From NCBI GenBank assembly GCA_008632985.1, contig QPGO01000032.1, positions 307,330 to 371,329 on the forward strand: 64,000 bases of DNA, in the 5' to 3' direction. The notes below the pieces were generated by a model. The model searched no databases and had not been told where the DNA came from. It was given only the letters and a program-made list of their open reading frames with translations. Within the stretch, counting starts at the first letter, position 1; each line of letters starts with the position of its first letter. This stretch comes from Psammoneis japonica (Eukaryota). Below, in pieces: positions 24,582 to 37,093 of the stretch. Made by a program: the position numbers and the translations under genes.

Positions 24582-25713
24582 CTACTCTTTAACCCACCAG
24601 AGATCCTCGCATTTCTGGCTGTTTGGTCCAAGCTTTTGTTTAAAGTATTCGACGACTCCTTGGGCGTTCTCCTTTGGTGTTGTGCCACTTTTTGGAACAG
24701 GAGGATCCTTAAGAGTGAAGCCAGCTTGAAACAAAATCACCAGCGAATCGAACAGGTTCTGACGTCCAAACCGACGCCCTCCGTCAGTACATTCTTGACG
24801 ATACCCGACTCCAGCAGCCTTGGTCCTCCCATAATGACCTGTGGCTCCTTGCCTTCCACATCCACCTTGAGCAGTGCAATTTCAAAGTCGTTCTTCTGAT
24901 CGAACCATCCCTGCTCCTCGGCAAATTTGTCTAGACTAATCAGTGTTGTTTTCGCTTGATGCTCGTCCGTGTGTGTGTCAGCGCCGTCCTCCAACGGTTT
25001 CAAAAAGGCTTGCCGGGATTCTTGGGTGCAAATAGCATCATTTCCTCTCCATGCACATTCGACACGGCGTTTGGAAAAATTGTGACATCACTGTGGTCGT
25101 TCAGGCGCAACGAGTCACACAGTCTCTGGATATTTCCTGGATTTGGTTCGAACGCAATCACATTGTGACCCAATGCGGAACTTAGTAAAGTATAATAGCC
25201 AATGTTGGCACCCACATCCAAAACATATGATTTTGGGTGGTTTTCGAGAATCTCAGCGAAACGATTATGAACGTCGTCTTCATAGTACTTGCCCTCCTCC
25301 ATTATGGTCTTCCAACGAATCTCATCGTACTCTTTGTTGTGCAGTGAAATACGAAAGTGTGGGTGCGTAATAGTCTCGCGTGCATAAATGCGACCCTTGT
25401 TGGGATCCATCCACACTCCCGATTTCACATTTTGACGGACCTCATCACACGAGAGGTCACCAGAGCCCGGACGAATGATGCTTTTTGATGATGATAGTTT
25501 TGGTCCTTCCGATAATTCCGGCGTCGTTCTCAAAAGGTTTCGTTGATAAAGAGAGTCGTTCCTTGATGTATCTTGCTTCGTGTCTAGCATGTAAATAGCT
25601 TGTAGCAAGGTCATGTACAAGAGGATCAAAAGCGTTGGGCCGACGAAAAGCATCCAATTCGCGCCAAGGAACCGAACAAGCGGACGTGGCTGAGGTCTTC
25701 GTCGAATCTTCAT
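24582..25713 (-). CDS. FkbM-family methyltransferase, type II membrane; frameshifts near 25003 and 24775
   Basis: VLDVGANIGYYTL, VIAFEPNPGN, LLKVDVEGKEPQVIMG. Confidence 0.9.
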
Positions 25714-25789
25714 GTTTATCAGCTGTCAAGGTAAGTTGCGTGACCAGAGTAACAAAGCGGGAATTGAGAGGACTGGAGGATAAAGTGAT

Positions 25790-28700
25790 CATTCGGGAAC
25801 GCTGGCATCAAAGGTGCTCATGCGTTGAGTTTTGAACTTTTCGTTCTTTGAAAAGTCGTCAGTCACGAGTTTTCGGGACTCAACGGTCGGCTCGGCGCGC
25901 AGATGGCAACCCTCCTGCGCCGCAAAAATCATCTCCCAATCCAAGACTGCAACAACAGTCAACAAAACACTTCAGCACCCATTGCACTGCTTCTCCCTCT
26001 CAATGGGTCATTCAAACACTAAGATACAACCTTGTGTGCCATCTTTCGATGCATGCACTTTGCTTTGCCTCCTCCCTCCGCACTGACTCATCTCCCACCC
26101 CCCTTTCTGCTGAACGCCCACTCTTCCGCTGCTGCAGCCACTCCCGTGCTTCTTTGTGCTGTTCATTTTCATTTTCAACAAGCTTTTTTAACCCTGTGAT
26201 TAGCAAAAGGGACAAAGACATAGAAGGTGGAATGACCATCTTTGCCCTCAGTGCATGCAAAGAGCAGCAGCATCAGAAGTGACAAGGGGTGGCAGAACAA
26301 TGCTGTTTCTGCTGCTTCTTTTTCCTCTCTTGGCACGTTCTACAAGGGTGATGTAGCTGGCCTCGACTCTTGTGCAATTTGGAGCAAGGAATTTTGGGGG
26401 ACATGTGGCAGAAAGAGGCCACCCATGATGATGTGTTGTGGCACAAGCGAGTGGTGTGCGAAAAAAAAAACTGAGAAAATGCTGCTGAAAAAGTGAGCAG
26501 ATCAAACAATGATGGTGCAATGAGCTAAACTGAAATGCACGCAGACACATCACAATGACTGTGTGCATTGCCCATGCACTGACATGGCCATTGTCAACAA
26601 CAACTGAGCGAAGCTGCAATTGAGACACAGCAGCTGTCACGTTTTCAAATGCTGTGACATGACAAAAACCTGCAGAGGGAAAAAAGCAGGAAACAGGGCT
26701 GAACAAAAGGAAAACCAGCCTCAATGGAGAATGATGGCCGGTGCAAAACAAAATTGACAAAGACTGGCACATTTCTAAAAACCCAAAGCATGCCCCATGA
26801 GACAAGATGCTCACATTGCAGCACCACATTCTTCCAAACCACAAGCATCATTGCCCATTGCACAACCCAATGTGGGTCAAAAATGACAATGAGTTGACCA
26901 ACTCTAAGAAACACAGCAGGGGCAGCAAGCCTGTTGCCATTTTTGCATCTGCCTTCCACACCCTGTTGCTTGCCATCATCACTCTGATGGTGCCAACTCA
27001 GTCACTGGGCACTGGGCCCAGTCTTTTTGCCTTGCTTGTTTTTGTCAGCTCCCCCCCCCCCCCAGGACAATGCAGAGAGCTGATGAGCTGAAAAATTCAA
27101 GATCAGCTGAGTGTCATGTGTGTGCATGTCTTGGAGTCTGCACAAGGAATCCAATCACACAGAGAAGGACATGCAGGTGGGAATTCTTTCACATCATCTG
27201 TCAATGACAAGGATCATGTTGAGAGTGGGGAGCATCTGCCTCAGCATGGGGCTGGCAGAAAATGGGAAACAAGAGGTTTTGCACACACTGCTCCTTGACA
27301 ATGATCTTTGACAATTTGAACCCAAGTCAGAAGTGCACCACCTCCCAACAACTGGAGTGAATTGTGAAAACCTGCCAGACATTGTCACATTTGTGTGTGT
27401 TTGATGGTCATGTTGTGAAGCTTGCAACAAAGCACACCATGATGCATGCCACAGCACCTTGTCAAAAACTTGTTGTCTCTGTGTGGCATTTTGCACAAAA
27501 AAGAGAGACTCTGCCACCCTTGTGAATGCACTGTCTTCTTCATTGTCAGCACCCCCAATGTTGCTTGCAGCAAGGCTGCCCCAGAGAGAGAGAGAGAGGA
27601 GAGAGAGAGAGACTCAAGAAAACAGCACAGGACAAAGACCTCTGTTGACACTGCTGCTGCTCTTTCACATCAATGGCAAGTGCAAAAGCACTCTCTGCTT
27701 GCTGAATCAAATCAAGCAGCCATTTTTTCAGCTCAGCAGGTGACAGTGCGCAAAACTTAGAGCACCATCAATTGAGCTGGTTTTGGAGGTTGAACTTGCT
27801 TCTTTTGGGGGCAGCAGCTTAAGCCACAAGAAGTGTGGTGTTCCAAATTTGTCACTTGGTCTGACAGAATGACAGTCAATTTTTCCAGCAATCACAGATC
27901 TGCAATGTGCGTGATGCAACATTTTTGAACTGTGTTCACTGTGTCATTGTGACACAACACAATTCTTTGGTGTGGAGCAAATCTCCACCCATGGAGATTT
28001 GCTCCATGGTGGTTGAAGGGTCAAATCCTTGCCTTTCATCAAATGTCAATTTGGAGCCCTGTTCACAATTTAAAGCAGCTCTGCTGTGAAACAAATGGCA
28101 GCTTCAACCCAGATTGCAGAGTGGGTCAATTTGTGCTTCATTCAGCACCACTTTTAAGCTGCTGACTGACAAAAAAATGTGCCACAAACACAAACACAGT
28201 TTCTTGTGGTGCCAAGTCATTGGAGCTGACATGGCTGCAATTTGATTTGGTGTGTTTTGTTTTAGTCTGTGCTTGCACACTGGCACTCTGTTTTTGGCTG
28301 CAGCAGCAGATTTCTGGCTGCAGGCAGTGTCAACCAATTGCCAGGATTGGCTGCAATCAGCCTCACTTTGATTGCAATTGCTGTTGCAAACTGATTGCAA
28401 TGACCTGATTGTCAGGAAAGAGCCAAGGTTGCAATCACAATCGACTGTTGCAATCATTCCAATCAAAATTGAGCTCTTTTTGTGGCTGAAATCAGCAAAA
28501 CAGCTCAATTTCTTTGCCTGCAGTGGGCTTTTCTCCTTGCGGAGTGTGCTCTTGCCAGAGAGCACCCCTGCGTGGGGGGCGCCTGGCTGGCAGGGTGATG
28601 CTGCAGAAAACTTTGCAATTGGTGACACTGGCTGCAGGTGAACACCAAGTGGCATCCATGCTCTCTGTGCAGCTCTTCCTTGTGCTTTGTGAGTGCACTG

Positions 28701-31700
28701 GTGGTGTTGTCTCTTGCAAAAAACTGCAGAAGGTTGTTCAGATGCCATGCTTGTCAAGTGCAGGTGTTAACTTGCTTGTCAGAGAGAACCACAGGCTCTC
28801 TGTGTGCCTGGCTCCAGGTTCTGGGCTGCATGAGTGGCAGCTGCAACCAAGGCTTTGGGACAAAAAAAACATTTGGCATTGGGGGACTTTGTGGAAAGAT
28901 TGGAGGGACGATTGGCAGCGCATTGTTGCAGCTGTTCAATGAGGATGACATTTGTCACAAAGACTTGCTGCTCTGCAACCGTGACACAGAAAGATTGGCA
29001 CAAAAGGCTTTCAGCCATTGAAAATTGCATGGCATGCAATCAACAAAGCTCAATTTCACACAGTTCTACTGGCACCCCAGCCAATCCTCCCATGAATCCA
29101 GTCTTGCTGGGACTTCAAACCAGGATAAAAGGAGAATGACTTGCCCACCATTCACCAGAGCTCTTCATTGCTCCCAACAAGAAGAGAAACTCATTTCAAA
29201 TGGCTGCTGCAAATTTCTCCACATGGCATTTTGCTGCTGCAAAACAACTCTGTGCATCTGGCGGTTCAGCACATCATTGCTTTTTGAAGTTTTGTTCACC
29301 CACTGCCATTCAGAGGTCAATCCTTTGAACAAGTCACTGCAGAGTTTGAAAATTCAAGTGGTGCTGGGGACAATGTGACAAGGGGCCAATGCCACCAGAT
29401 CAGCCCTGCAATGCTCAGCCACAGTTCTCCAAGTCTCATCTGGGGTTGCACAGACACCACCAGTGTCCTCAGCTTGTTGGTTGTTGTCAGGCACGTTGGC
29501 ACGTCATGGGGTCCTTTCCTGCGGAGTTTGGAAGCTTGCTCTTCTGCTTCTGTTGGGGACAAGTTGCTGTGGGGCCACAACACCACAAGATCAACCTTGG
29601 CCAGCTTGCCAGACACTGCCAGTGTCTTTCAGATGTGGCTCTTTCACTGTAGAGTTTGGAAGTGTCTGCTTCACCAGTGGAGACAAGGTGGCATGAGGCC
29701 ACAGCCGCACAAACAGGGCTCAAACAGTTGCTTCAAATTTCAAAAATGAGTGGGACAAAAGCCCACAAAAAATGACCACTTGCAAAAACTGGCTTGGCTC
29801 TGTTGAAAAAAAGGCACATGACTGCCACACAAAACAACACACAAACACAGAGTGGTGCACCCAAGCAGCACCCAAGCAATGACAACATTGCGGGAAGGCA
29901 CACCAACAGAGCCCATGACTTTGCACACACCAGCCCACAAAGAAAAGCCACAGGAAAGGCAAGAGGTTAGAAAAATGTGACATGGGAGAAGCTGTGCTTG
30001 CAGCAAACAACAAGTTGCACTTTTGCAGTTTCTTTGTTTCTTGAAGCTCAGGCAGCTGACAAAAAAAAGCCAAGAAGGAAGAGAGAAACCAATGCTGCAA
30101 TGCTGCCCAAAGGTGAGCCAACTCTCTTTAAGTTGCAAAAGATTAGAACATGATGCAACACCAGCGAAGCCAAGAATCCAAGATGCAAACTGGCTGCAAA
30201 AGACAATGGGCAGCAGCTTGAGTGACAAAGGAGGGAGTGAAGGCAGTGGAGTGACAGCAACAAGAGCACGTGCCAATCATCAAATGAGTGCCAGCTGACA
30301 AGCAAACAAATGAAAATGAGCCATCATGTTCCACCCATTCTTGTCTCTGCTTTGCCAATTTTTTGGCTGTGAACACTCAGCATTTGTGGCAGCTGCACTG
30401 CAAACATGTGCACAAATCATCTCATCAAGAGATCCCACGCAATGTGAGACCAATTTCCTCAAGTCTGGTTCCCCATTTTGATGCTCACAGTTAACCACAA
30501 CAAGCCATTCATTTGCAATGAAGGAGCACTCATCAAGAACACAAGATTCTTGCCAAGCAAGCTTCATTTCCAAGTGAGAGAGACAGTGGCTGCATTTTCC
30601 AGATGGAGGGTGTGGCTTGTGGTGATCCAATGCCAGATGCCAGAGGTTGCCAGCTGGGGCACTGTGTGTGATTTGGCCGCTGGTGCTGTTCCCTTGCAGA
30701 GTTGTTTGTGTGGTGGCAAGGGTTGTGTGCCCCCCGACAAAGAGCTTCCTTCACTGTCATTTTCTCATGGCCACTGCTTGCCCTTTTCTGCATGAGCCAG
30801 AGGCATCCTTTTGTTGCACTGCTGCAGTGGCACTGCAATGTTGGGCATCTAAAAACAAGGCTCGCTGCAGAGCTGCTGCCCAACAACCAGAAAATCAAGT
30901 GTTCTTTGTGCTGGCAAAAAGAAACAGACCACCAACAAGCAAGCCACTGCCCCACGCATCTTGCTCTGTCACTTTGAGTTGCTGGCAAGATTTTGGAATG
31001 TGCATGGGTGTGCACACCGACATGTTGCTTGAAGTCCTCTGAAACAAAGAAACAAAAGAGAAGGCGCCACTCCTGGAACTGCTTCGACACTCATGATCCA
31101 GGCAGCTTCCAAGCTTTTGAACTTTTGTCAAGGCATGACAAAAACAGCCAACATCTTGAGCTATCCAGGATGCTTTTCTCTATAAGCTTCATTTCTGCCA
31201 ACATGAATTCCATGTGCTCGAGTCGTCGCGAAACTTCGCCATCTTGGAAGTGTGGGTGGGTGTGGAAGCTGAGCCAGAAACTGGCACAGCTCAAGCACCA
31301 GAAGTGGCAAATTGCAGCCCCATCATGTGTGGGGGCCACTCTCACTCCAAAGGAGACATGGAGGCAGCTGCAGCATGGGTTGGAAGCATGTTGGAAGTGC
31401 TGGGGTGGGTGGCAGTGGGTTGGGCATGGTGTCTTTGCGCAAGCATGGGAACTTGATCTGCCATCTCACAGGAGCCTCAGCCACTGTGGCAGCAATGCTG
31501 GGAGCAAAATCTGGGGCATGGGGGGACACAGAAGCAGACTTGGAAATCACAGGCACCATTGGCAAATGCATGGAAGAACCTGCAGCTTGTGCCAATTTGA
31601 GAAGAAGGCACCATGGGAAGAACCCAGGGCACCACATGCCATGTCTCCTTGCTGTCCTTGGGAGTGCAAAATGTTTTGAAAACCAGCTGTGCCACAAGAA

Positions 31701-31890
31701 AACATGGGGGCCATGGAAGAAATGCTCGCAGCAGAAAGGACATGAACTTCTGATCATCAACTTGATGGAGCAGAGGCAGAACACCACCAGTGACACCCAC
31801 ACGAGAAGAACATGGGACATTCCTTTCTCCATCAGCTGATGAGGAAATCTCGCGGGCTCGTCGGTCCCCCTTTTTCCGAGGCGTCCTTGC
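25790..31890. other. TpA- and CpG-depleted degenerate block, probably decayed repeats; family not recognised
   Basis: Few TA, mostly in TTA/CTA/TAA/TAG contexts; few CG; overlapping Cys/His-rich, Tyr-poor ORFs in all frames. Confidence 0.75.
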
Positions 31891-32089
31891 TCTACGACTA
31901 GATGAGACAATTCCTCAATGAAATGGTATGCGATAGATATGTTCAAAGAAGGTTTGATCATAAAGCAGATACCACGAGTTTCCACAAAATGAAACTATGT
32001 AGTATGTAGTCTGTAATTGATATGGTATTGCATTGCAGATGTGTGTCTTGATAGATTCACAACGGTATTGAAGAAGCGTCTCGTGTGAA

Positions 32090-32831
32090 TTATAGACAGC
32101 AGAGAGATATTCCAAAAGCAAGTCCCACAAGCGCAAAGTATAACCACCCACACAATAGAGAGATCTCAATCACATTTTTAATGTCCCCGCACTCTTCTCC
32201 GAGTTGCCGCGCGCGAGATACTCCCACCGACAGCCAAATAATCCAAAAGAAAATCACCAGCAAGTAAATAGCCATGCCTGGATCTTCGCAGAGCACATCC
32301 TTTATGCGAGCCATGGATAGGGGTTGTGTCACATCGTCATCATCTTCGGACGACACAGACGCCTCCTCTGCCGGAGATGCCACGGCATAGTAGGTGCCGG
32401 CTTCAATCTTGCCATTGTTCTTGTCCACTTCTTCCTTTCCAGTGACGCCACAGCCATTGCGGGTGTTTCGTTGGTACCGTCGGTATTTGGCTTCTTCTTG
32501 GGCGGCTCATGGCGGATCTTATGGACGATGTACATGGAGGCCACCATATGCAGCGCGCACAACACCGAGTTCATCATTAGCCAGTGCGACCCACGTGCAC
32601 ACCAGCAGTGCCCTCCATGTAATCATCAAGAATACTGGCAGTCTTGACAATTGGAGGAAGGTTCAATAGAAACGTCAGAGCCAGGTAGGGAAAGAAGGCA
32701 CTGGTGCAAATCTCGTTTGCTAGTTCGCACCCCATACCGCAAGCGCGACACGGCAGACATAGCACATAGCTCAACGTCGACCCGACTGCATGAAACGCCT
32801 GCCCGATACTGCGACACAAAATGGCTGCCAT
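32090..32831 (-). CDS. Hypothetical multi-pass membrane protein; frameshifted
   Basis: Three consecutive ORFs with hydrophobic helices (FFPYLALTFLLNLPP; LCALHMVASMYIV; DPGMAIYLLVIFFWIIWL). Confidence 0.6.
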
Positions 32832-33960
32832 ATTTCCATGGATTGATTGCTATTCGTTGTTGATGTGAGCAAAGGAGTCAATGCATGTTCTGCAATGCTG
32901 CAAATGAGATACGGCGGTGATGCAACGTCGCGATGGAGAAGAGTCGCTTCGTTTTGAGGCAATTTACTATCACATGTTAGTTCCACAACCGACATCATAT
33001 GTTATTCATTTTTAAAGTAATTTATCTTAAAGACGTTTTTTAAAATTTCTCGCGTCTGTATGGAAATCATTTTATACTATTATAATGCCGGAATACATTC
33101 ATCCAACGGTTAGATCGCTCACAGCAAGCAGTTCAACCAACCGAAGTTTCTCCTCACATTTTCCCAAAATGTACGCGAAAGAGTCTAAGAGACGGCCTCA
33201 ACATAACGTAGCAATGCTAGAGTCCACTCTCTTTCATACGAGACGGACGTCCAGTTTCTATCGAAAATGACCGATCAATACAAGTGTCGCCGCAAAACGT
33301 TTGATTCTCATAATCGCGCCCTGCGTTCTGGTTTTTCTTCTTGCAGGGCACTTTTTTTTTACAATCAACGTTCTCGACTATCTTGGTTGGAACCAGTAAG
33401 ATTTTGAAGCAGATGGAGCTTGACGGAAAGCGTCTGTCGATGGTTGTGGGAAGTGAAGCACCAACAATTATGAGCCTCGCTTTACGACTGCAACGGAAGG
33501 TATTTTGTGACCGTACCCAAGAAGGGGCTGTAGTATGGAATCCACTTGCCTCCTATGCGACGAGTTTCAAACAAGAATCAAAGAGTGCCTCATACGACGA
33601 GTTTCAACGGCCGGTTCACTTTGAACCTGGCGAGAACATGCAGAATGCATTCCCACTTATTTATTAAAAAAATAGAAAGAAACCGAACTGTTACCGACAA
33701 GCTCGGTGTCGCGTTATGCAGCATGCAGAAAGAAATTACTCGAAACTCAAGAATTGTAGGAGGACAAACTCATTGAAACGAAACAGACTCAGAAAAGGAT
33801 AGAGGGGGGACTCATTTCCACGCCACCTGCAGCATCTGTTGCTTCCATATCCTCCACAGGCTTTGCCTTGTTACAACACCAGAATCCGTGACATTTGCGG
33901 TGCCTTCGGAGAACTGAGAAACCAAAAGTAGGACGTTCCAGCGCTCTTCATTCAACTCAT

Positions 33961-35421
33961 CTAGGTACAGTTTATCCAGGTGTCCTTGTTAAACTCCAAG
34001 CGTCTGATATACTTGAGCTGAGTATGGTGCTTGCGAGAGGTTTTCAAGGAAACGCAGAGGCAAACGACGATCACGGGGACCGCAATGACAAAGAATACTG
34101 TCAAAGAGAGAAAGATGGCAATGAGTAGGCAAGAAACAATGAGACATGTCCGAGAAATATGTCCCAGTCGAAGCACAGAATTCGAGATAGGAACGGGACT
34201 TTGGGGGGAAACTGATGAAGTATCCGAATTCCTGGAGTTTAAGTCGAGGCCAACGTGTCGAAACCGACGGCGTTGGCATAATAGGGCATGAAATGGATTG
34301 CATGCACCTTGTGGTGGTGACAGCGTAACGGGATCACGATCATTGGCTACTTGGAGACATCGGAGCTTCTTGCTGCGTTCCATCAACTCGAAGGCGAAAG
34401 AAAGTCCATGTTTCCAACCTGCGATTCAACCGGCAGAAAAACAAGATGATTTGAGACAGTATTGGAAATCACATTTGCACACTTTCCCTGGAGAACACAC
34501 CTTGGGAGCCCCTGAAGTAATACATGTGACAGGTTTGGGAATCTGATCTTCGGCAGCAGCTTCAAGGGCAAAAAGTGGCAAGTGCTCCTCCTAACGAATG
34601 GCCAGCGATTCTGAGTTTGGAATCTGGATGCTCGCGAATCAAAGCCTTCACCTGCTCTAGAATTATCTCAAACTTTTTCAGCTTTCCCTCGTACTCCTTC
34701 TTCTTGCCGCCTCCCATCCACTTGGGCAGAAATATGGCTTGATGGCCATTGTCCTCGCTGTACAGGTACTCGCGAAAGCCAAGGTGCACGCCAAGATACT
34801 CAGGAAGGTTAGGGTCATCTTTGATTGGATTATCGATAGACGACAGAACTGCACGGGCATCTTGGCGAAAGTCTTCTTTGTTACTGAACCTCGAAACGTT
34901 ACAGTGATCTTCTTGCCTACCGGGTTGGTACCAATTCCGGTAGACAATCTCGTCCTCTTCGTTTTCATCGCTACACACAATCACTTTGAGACCCTCGAGA
35001 ATCCTTCGTCTTGTTTCTTCATCACCTATAACAGCCGCATGCCTCCGCAATTTCATAGCCCCACGGTACATTTCTGCTCGATCTTCATCCTTCACGCTTT
35101 CCCTGTGAGAAATTCCGGGTTTTCCTCGAAGATTGTGAAAGTATCATAGAGGCTACACGGGAGTTCAACAATGCGTTGGAGCGTGTCGGAATCGCCTTGA
35201 AGTTCATTCTTCTTGATCATTGCTCGAAGATCAGGAATGAAAAACATAAAGTATGCGGACATGAGGCCATCGTGAGCTTCGTCAAAAAGCGACTGCCTGC
35301 CCAACGCTTGTTCGAGATCACGAAAGAGCTTGTCGTCGTCCTCGTCTTGCAGTGAAGAGCGGCTGCTCACATTCTCTAACTTTTCTAGTAAGACCTCATC
35401 GCTGCTCTTACTATCGTCCAT
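33961..35421 (-). CDS. Class 3 lipase; one intron (~34418-34500) and frameshifts; 3' end approximate
   Basis: ITVTFRGS, VHLGFREYL, IAGHSLGGALAT, TSGAPK|VGN, VANDRDPV. Confidence 0.85.
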
Positions 35422-35693
35422 CGCTGCAGACTCTGACGAAAGATATCGCACAACCCACAGAAGAAACTTCTTTGTCAACTGCGCTTACATTTTTTGAGAT
35501 TGATGGAGGGCGGATAGGTTCAGGTTTTTGGTGATTTGGGTTATGTTGCTGTTGGGCAGTTCAACCGACGAAGATCCAAGCTCTCAGCATCCTTCCTCAC
35601 AATTCCATGACTACTCGTACACTGCTTGCTCTATTAGAGACATGCATTCACCCGTGACTTATAACGTAAACAATAGCAAGTCCGATCTCTTGT

Positions 35694-36793
35694 TCAATAC
35701 AAATCATATGGAGACGGCAAACCCCATGTGCCTTGCGGGCTGTTTAGCGCATAAAGCCTTTTCATGTCCTCCTCCTCCAACGCAAAGGAAAAGATGTCCG
35801 TGTTGGATTCCATTCGTTCGGCCGAAGAGCTATAGAATGTCACGGCAAAGCCTTCTTGTACTAGAAATCGTAGCGCTACTTGACCCGGACTCTTGTCGTG
35901 CTTCTTGGCAATCTCCAATACTGTAGGATCCTTGCGAATATTCTTGACTCCGCGCCCAAGAGGCGAATACGATTCCACCACGATGTTGTTCTTTTGACAA
36001 TACTCAATGATCTTTTCATGACGAATATAGATAGATGTTTCAATCTGATTCACCATGGGTTGTATCGTTGAACCGTCTTCTTTCAATTGTTTCAAGTGCT
36101 CGTCACTAAAGTTTGACACACCAATGGCTCTGGCCCAACCACGTTTATAATAAGATTCCAACACTCTCCATGCAGCAAGACGATGTCGCCTTGCCGCTGT
36201 CTCCTTTTCAACATGATTTTCGTTGTTTTCACGAGTATCAAAAGACGATGGCCAGTGCAGCAAGACAAGGTCCACGTATCCAACACCCAACTCGACCAGA
36301 GACTTTTCAAAGTCGTGCTCGACTCGTTCCGTAACTTGTTCTGGAGTCATGTTGTTCAAATCGAGCGTAGTATCCTTGGTTGCCAAGGGAGTCACGGGTG
36401 AAACACCTTTGTGGTTAAAAATACGTCACTTCGTTGTTGGAGTTTGCCCGAAACAAACCAATCACCCAGAACCTTTGCAATGGCGTTGTGAGAACGATAA
36501 ATGTAGGCAGTATCAATGTGACGCAATCCTGCTTGCAATGCGAAATGAACCGAGCGGTAAACGCGTTCGGGCAAAAAGCCATTGTGATTGGGATTTGCTG
36601 GGTCCTTGCCATCGCTCGCCGAAAACACTGCGGTACCCAAGGCCATTTGAGGCATTTCCACGCCATTTGCGAGCGTCAGATTTGGGATTTTAGAGGCTTT
36701 GCAAGAAGAAGAATCATCATCGCTGGTTTGAGCATATGCTACAACAAGGATTGCAACAAGTTGAATAACTAGGCGTCGCGTTTGAAGCCTCAT
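35694..36793 (-). CDS. Aldo/keto reductase with signal peptide; frameshift near 36393
   Basis: MPQMALGT, GLRHIDTAYIY, VFLTTK, YVDLVLLHWP, AIGVSNF, VNQIE, SYSPLG. Confidence 0.93.
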
Positions 36794-37093
36794 CGTTGGT
36801 GTTGAACTACAGTATTGGGCTAACCTCATTTTTTTGCTCCTCTCGGGTTCTCGTCCGTCCATCAACCGTTTTCGCGCACTTTTTAGGGCAAGCTGATTGA
36901 TGATTGGTTGGAATACGTCATCATGACGTTGCTCGAAATGCCCGCCAGTTTCGCCAATTTTCGCCAAGAGCCAAGAGTTACGTTGCTCATGGTATTTTGC
37001 TTCCGCAGCCGCCTGTCGTCTTCTCCTCCAGCCCTATTCACAGTTGATTCACGCGTCATTGTCTCCTAACGCCTTGTATTCTATCTTAGAACG

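Noticed and set aside
25832..31839. Many overlapping Cys/His-rich ORFs as real genes
   Set aside because: They arise in all six frames because TAA/TAG stops are scarce; no recognisable domains. The same applies to most ORFs in 57-64 kb.
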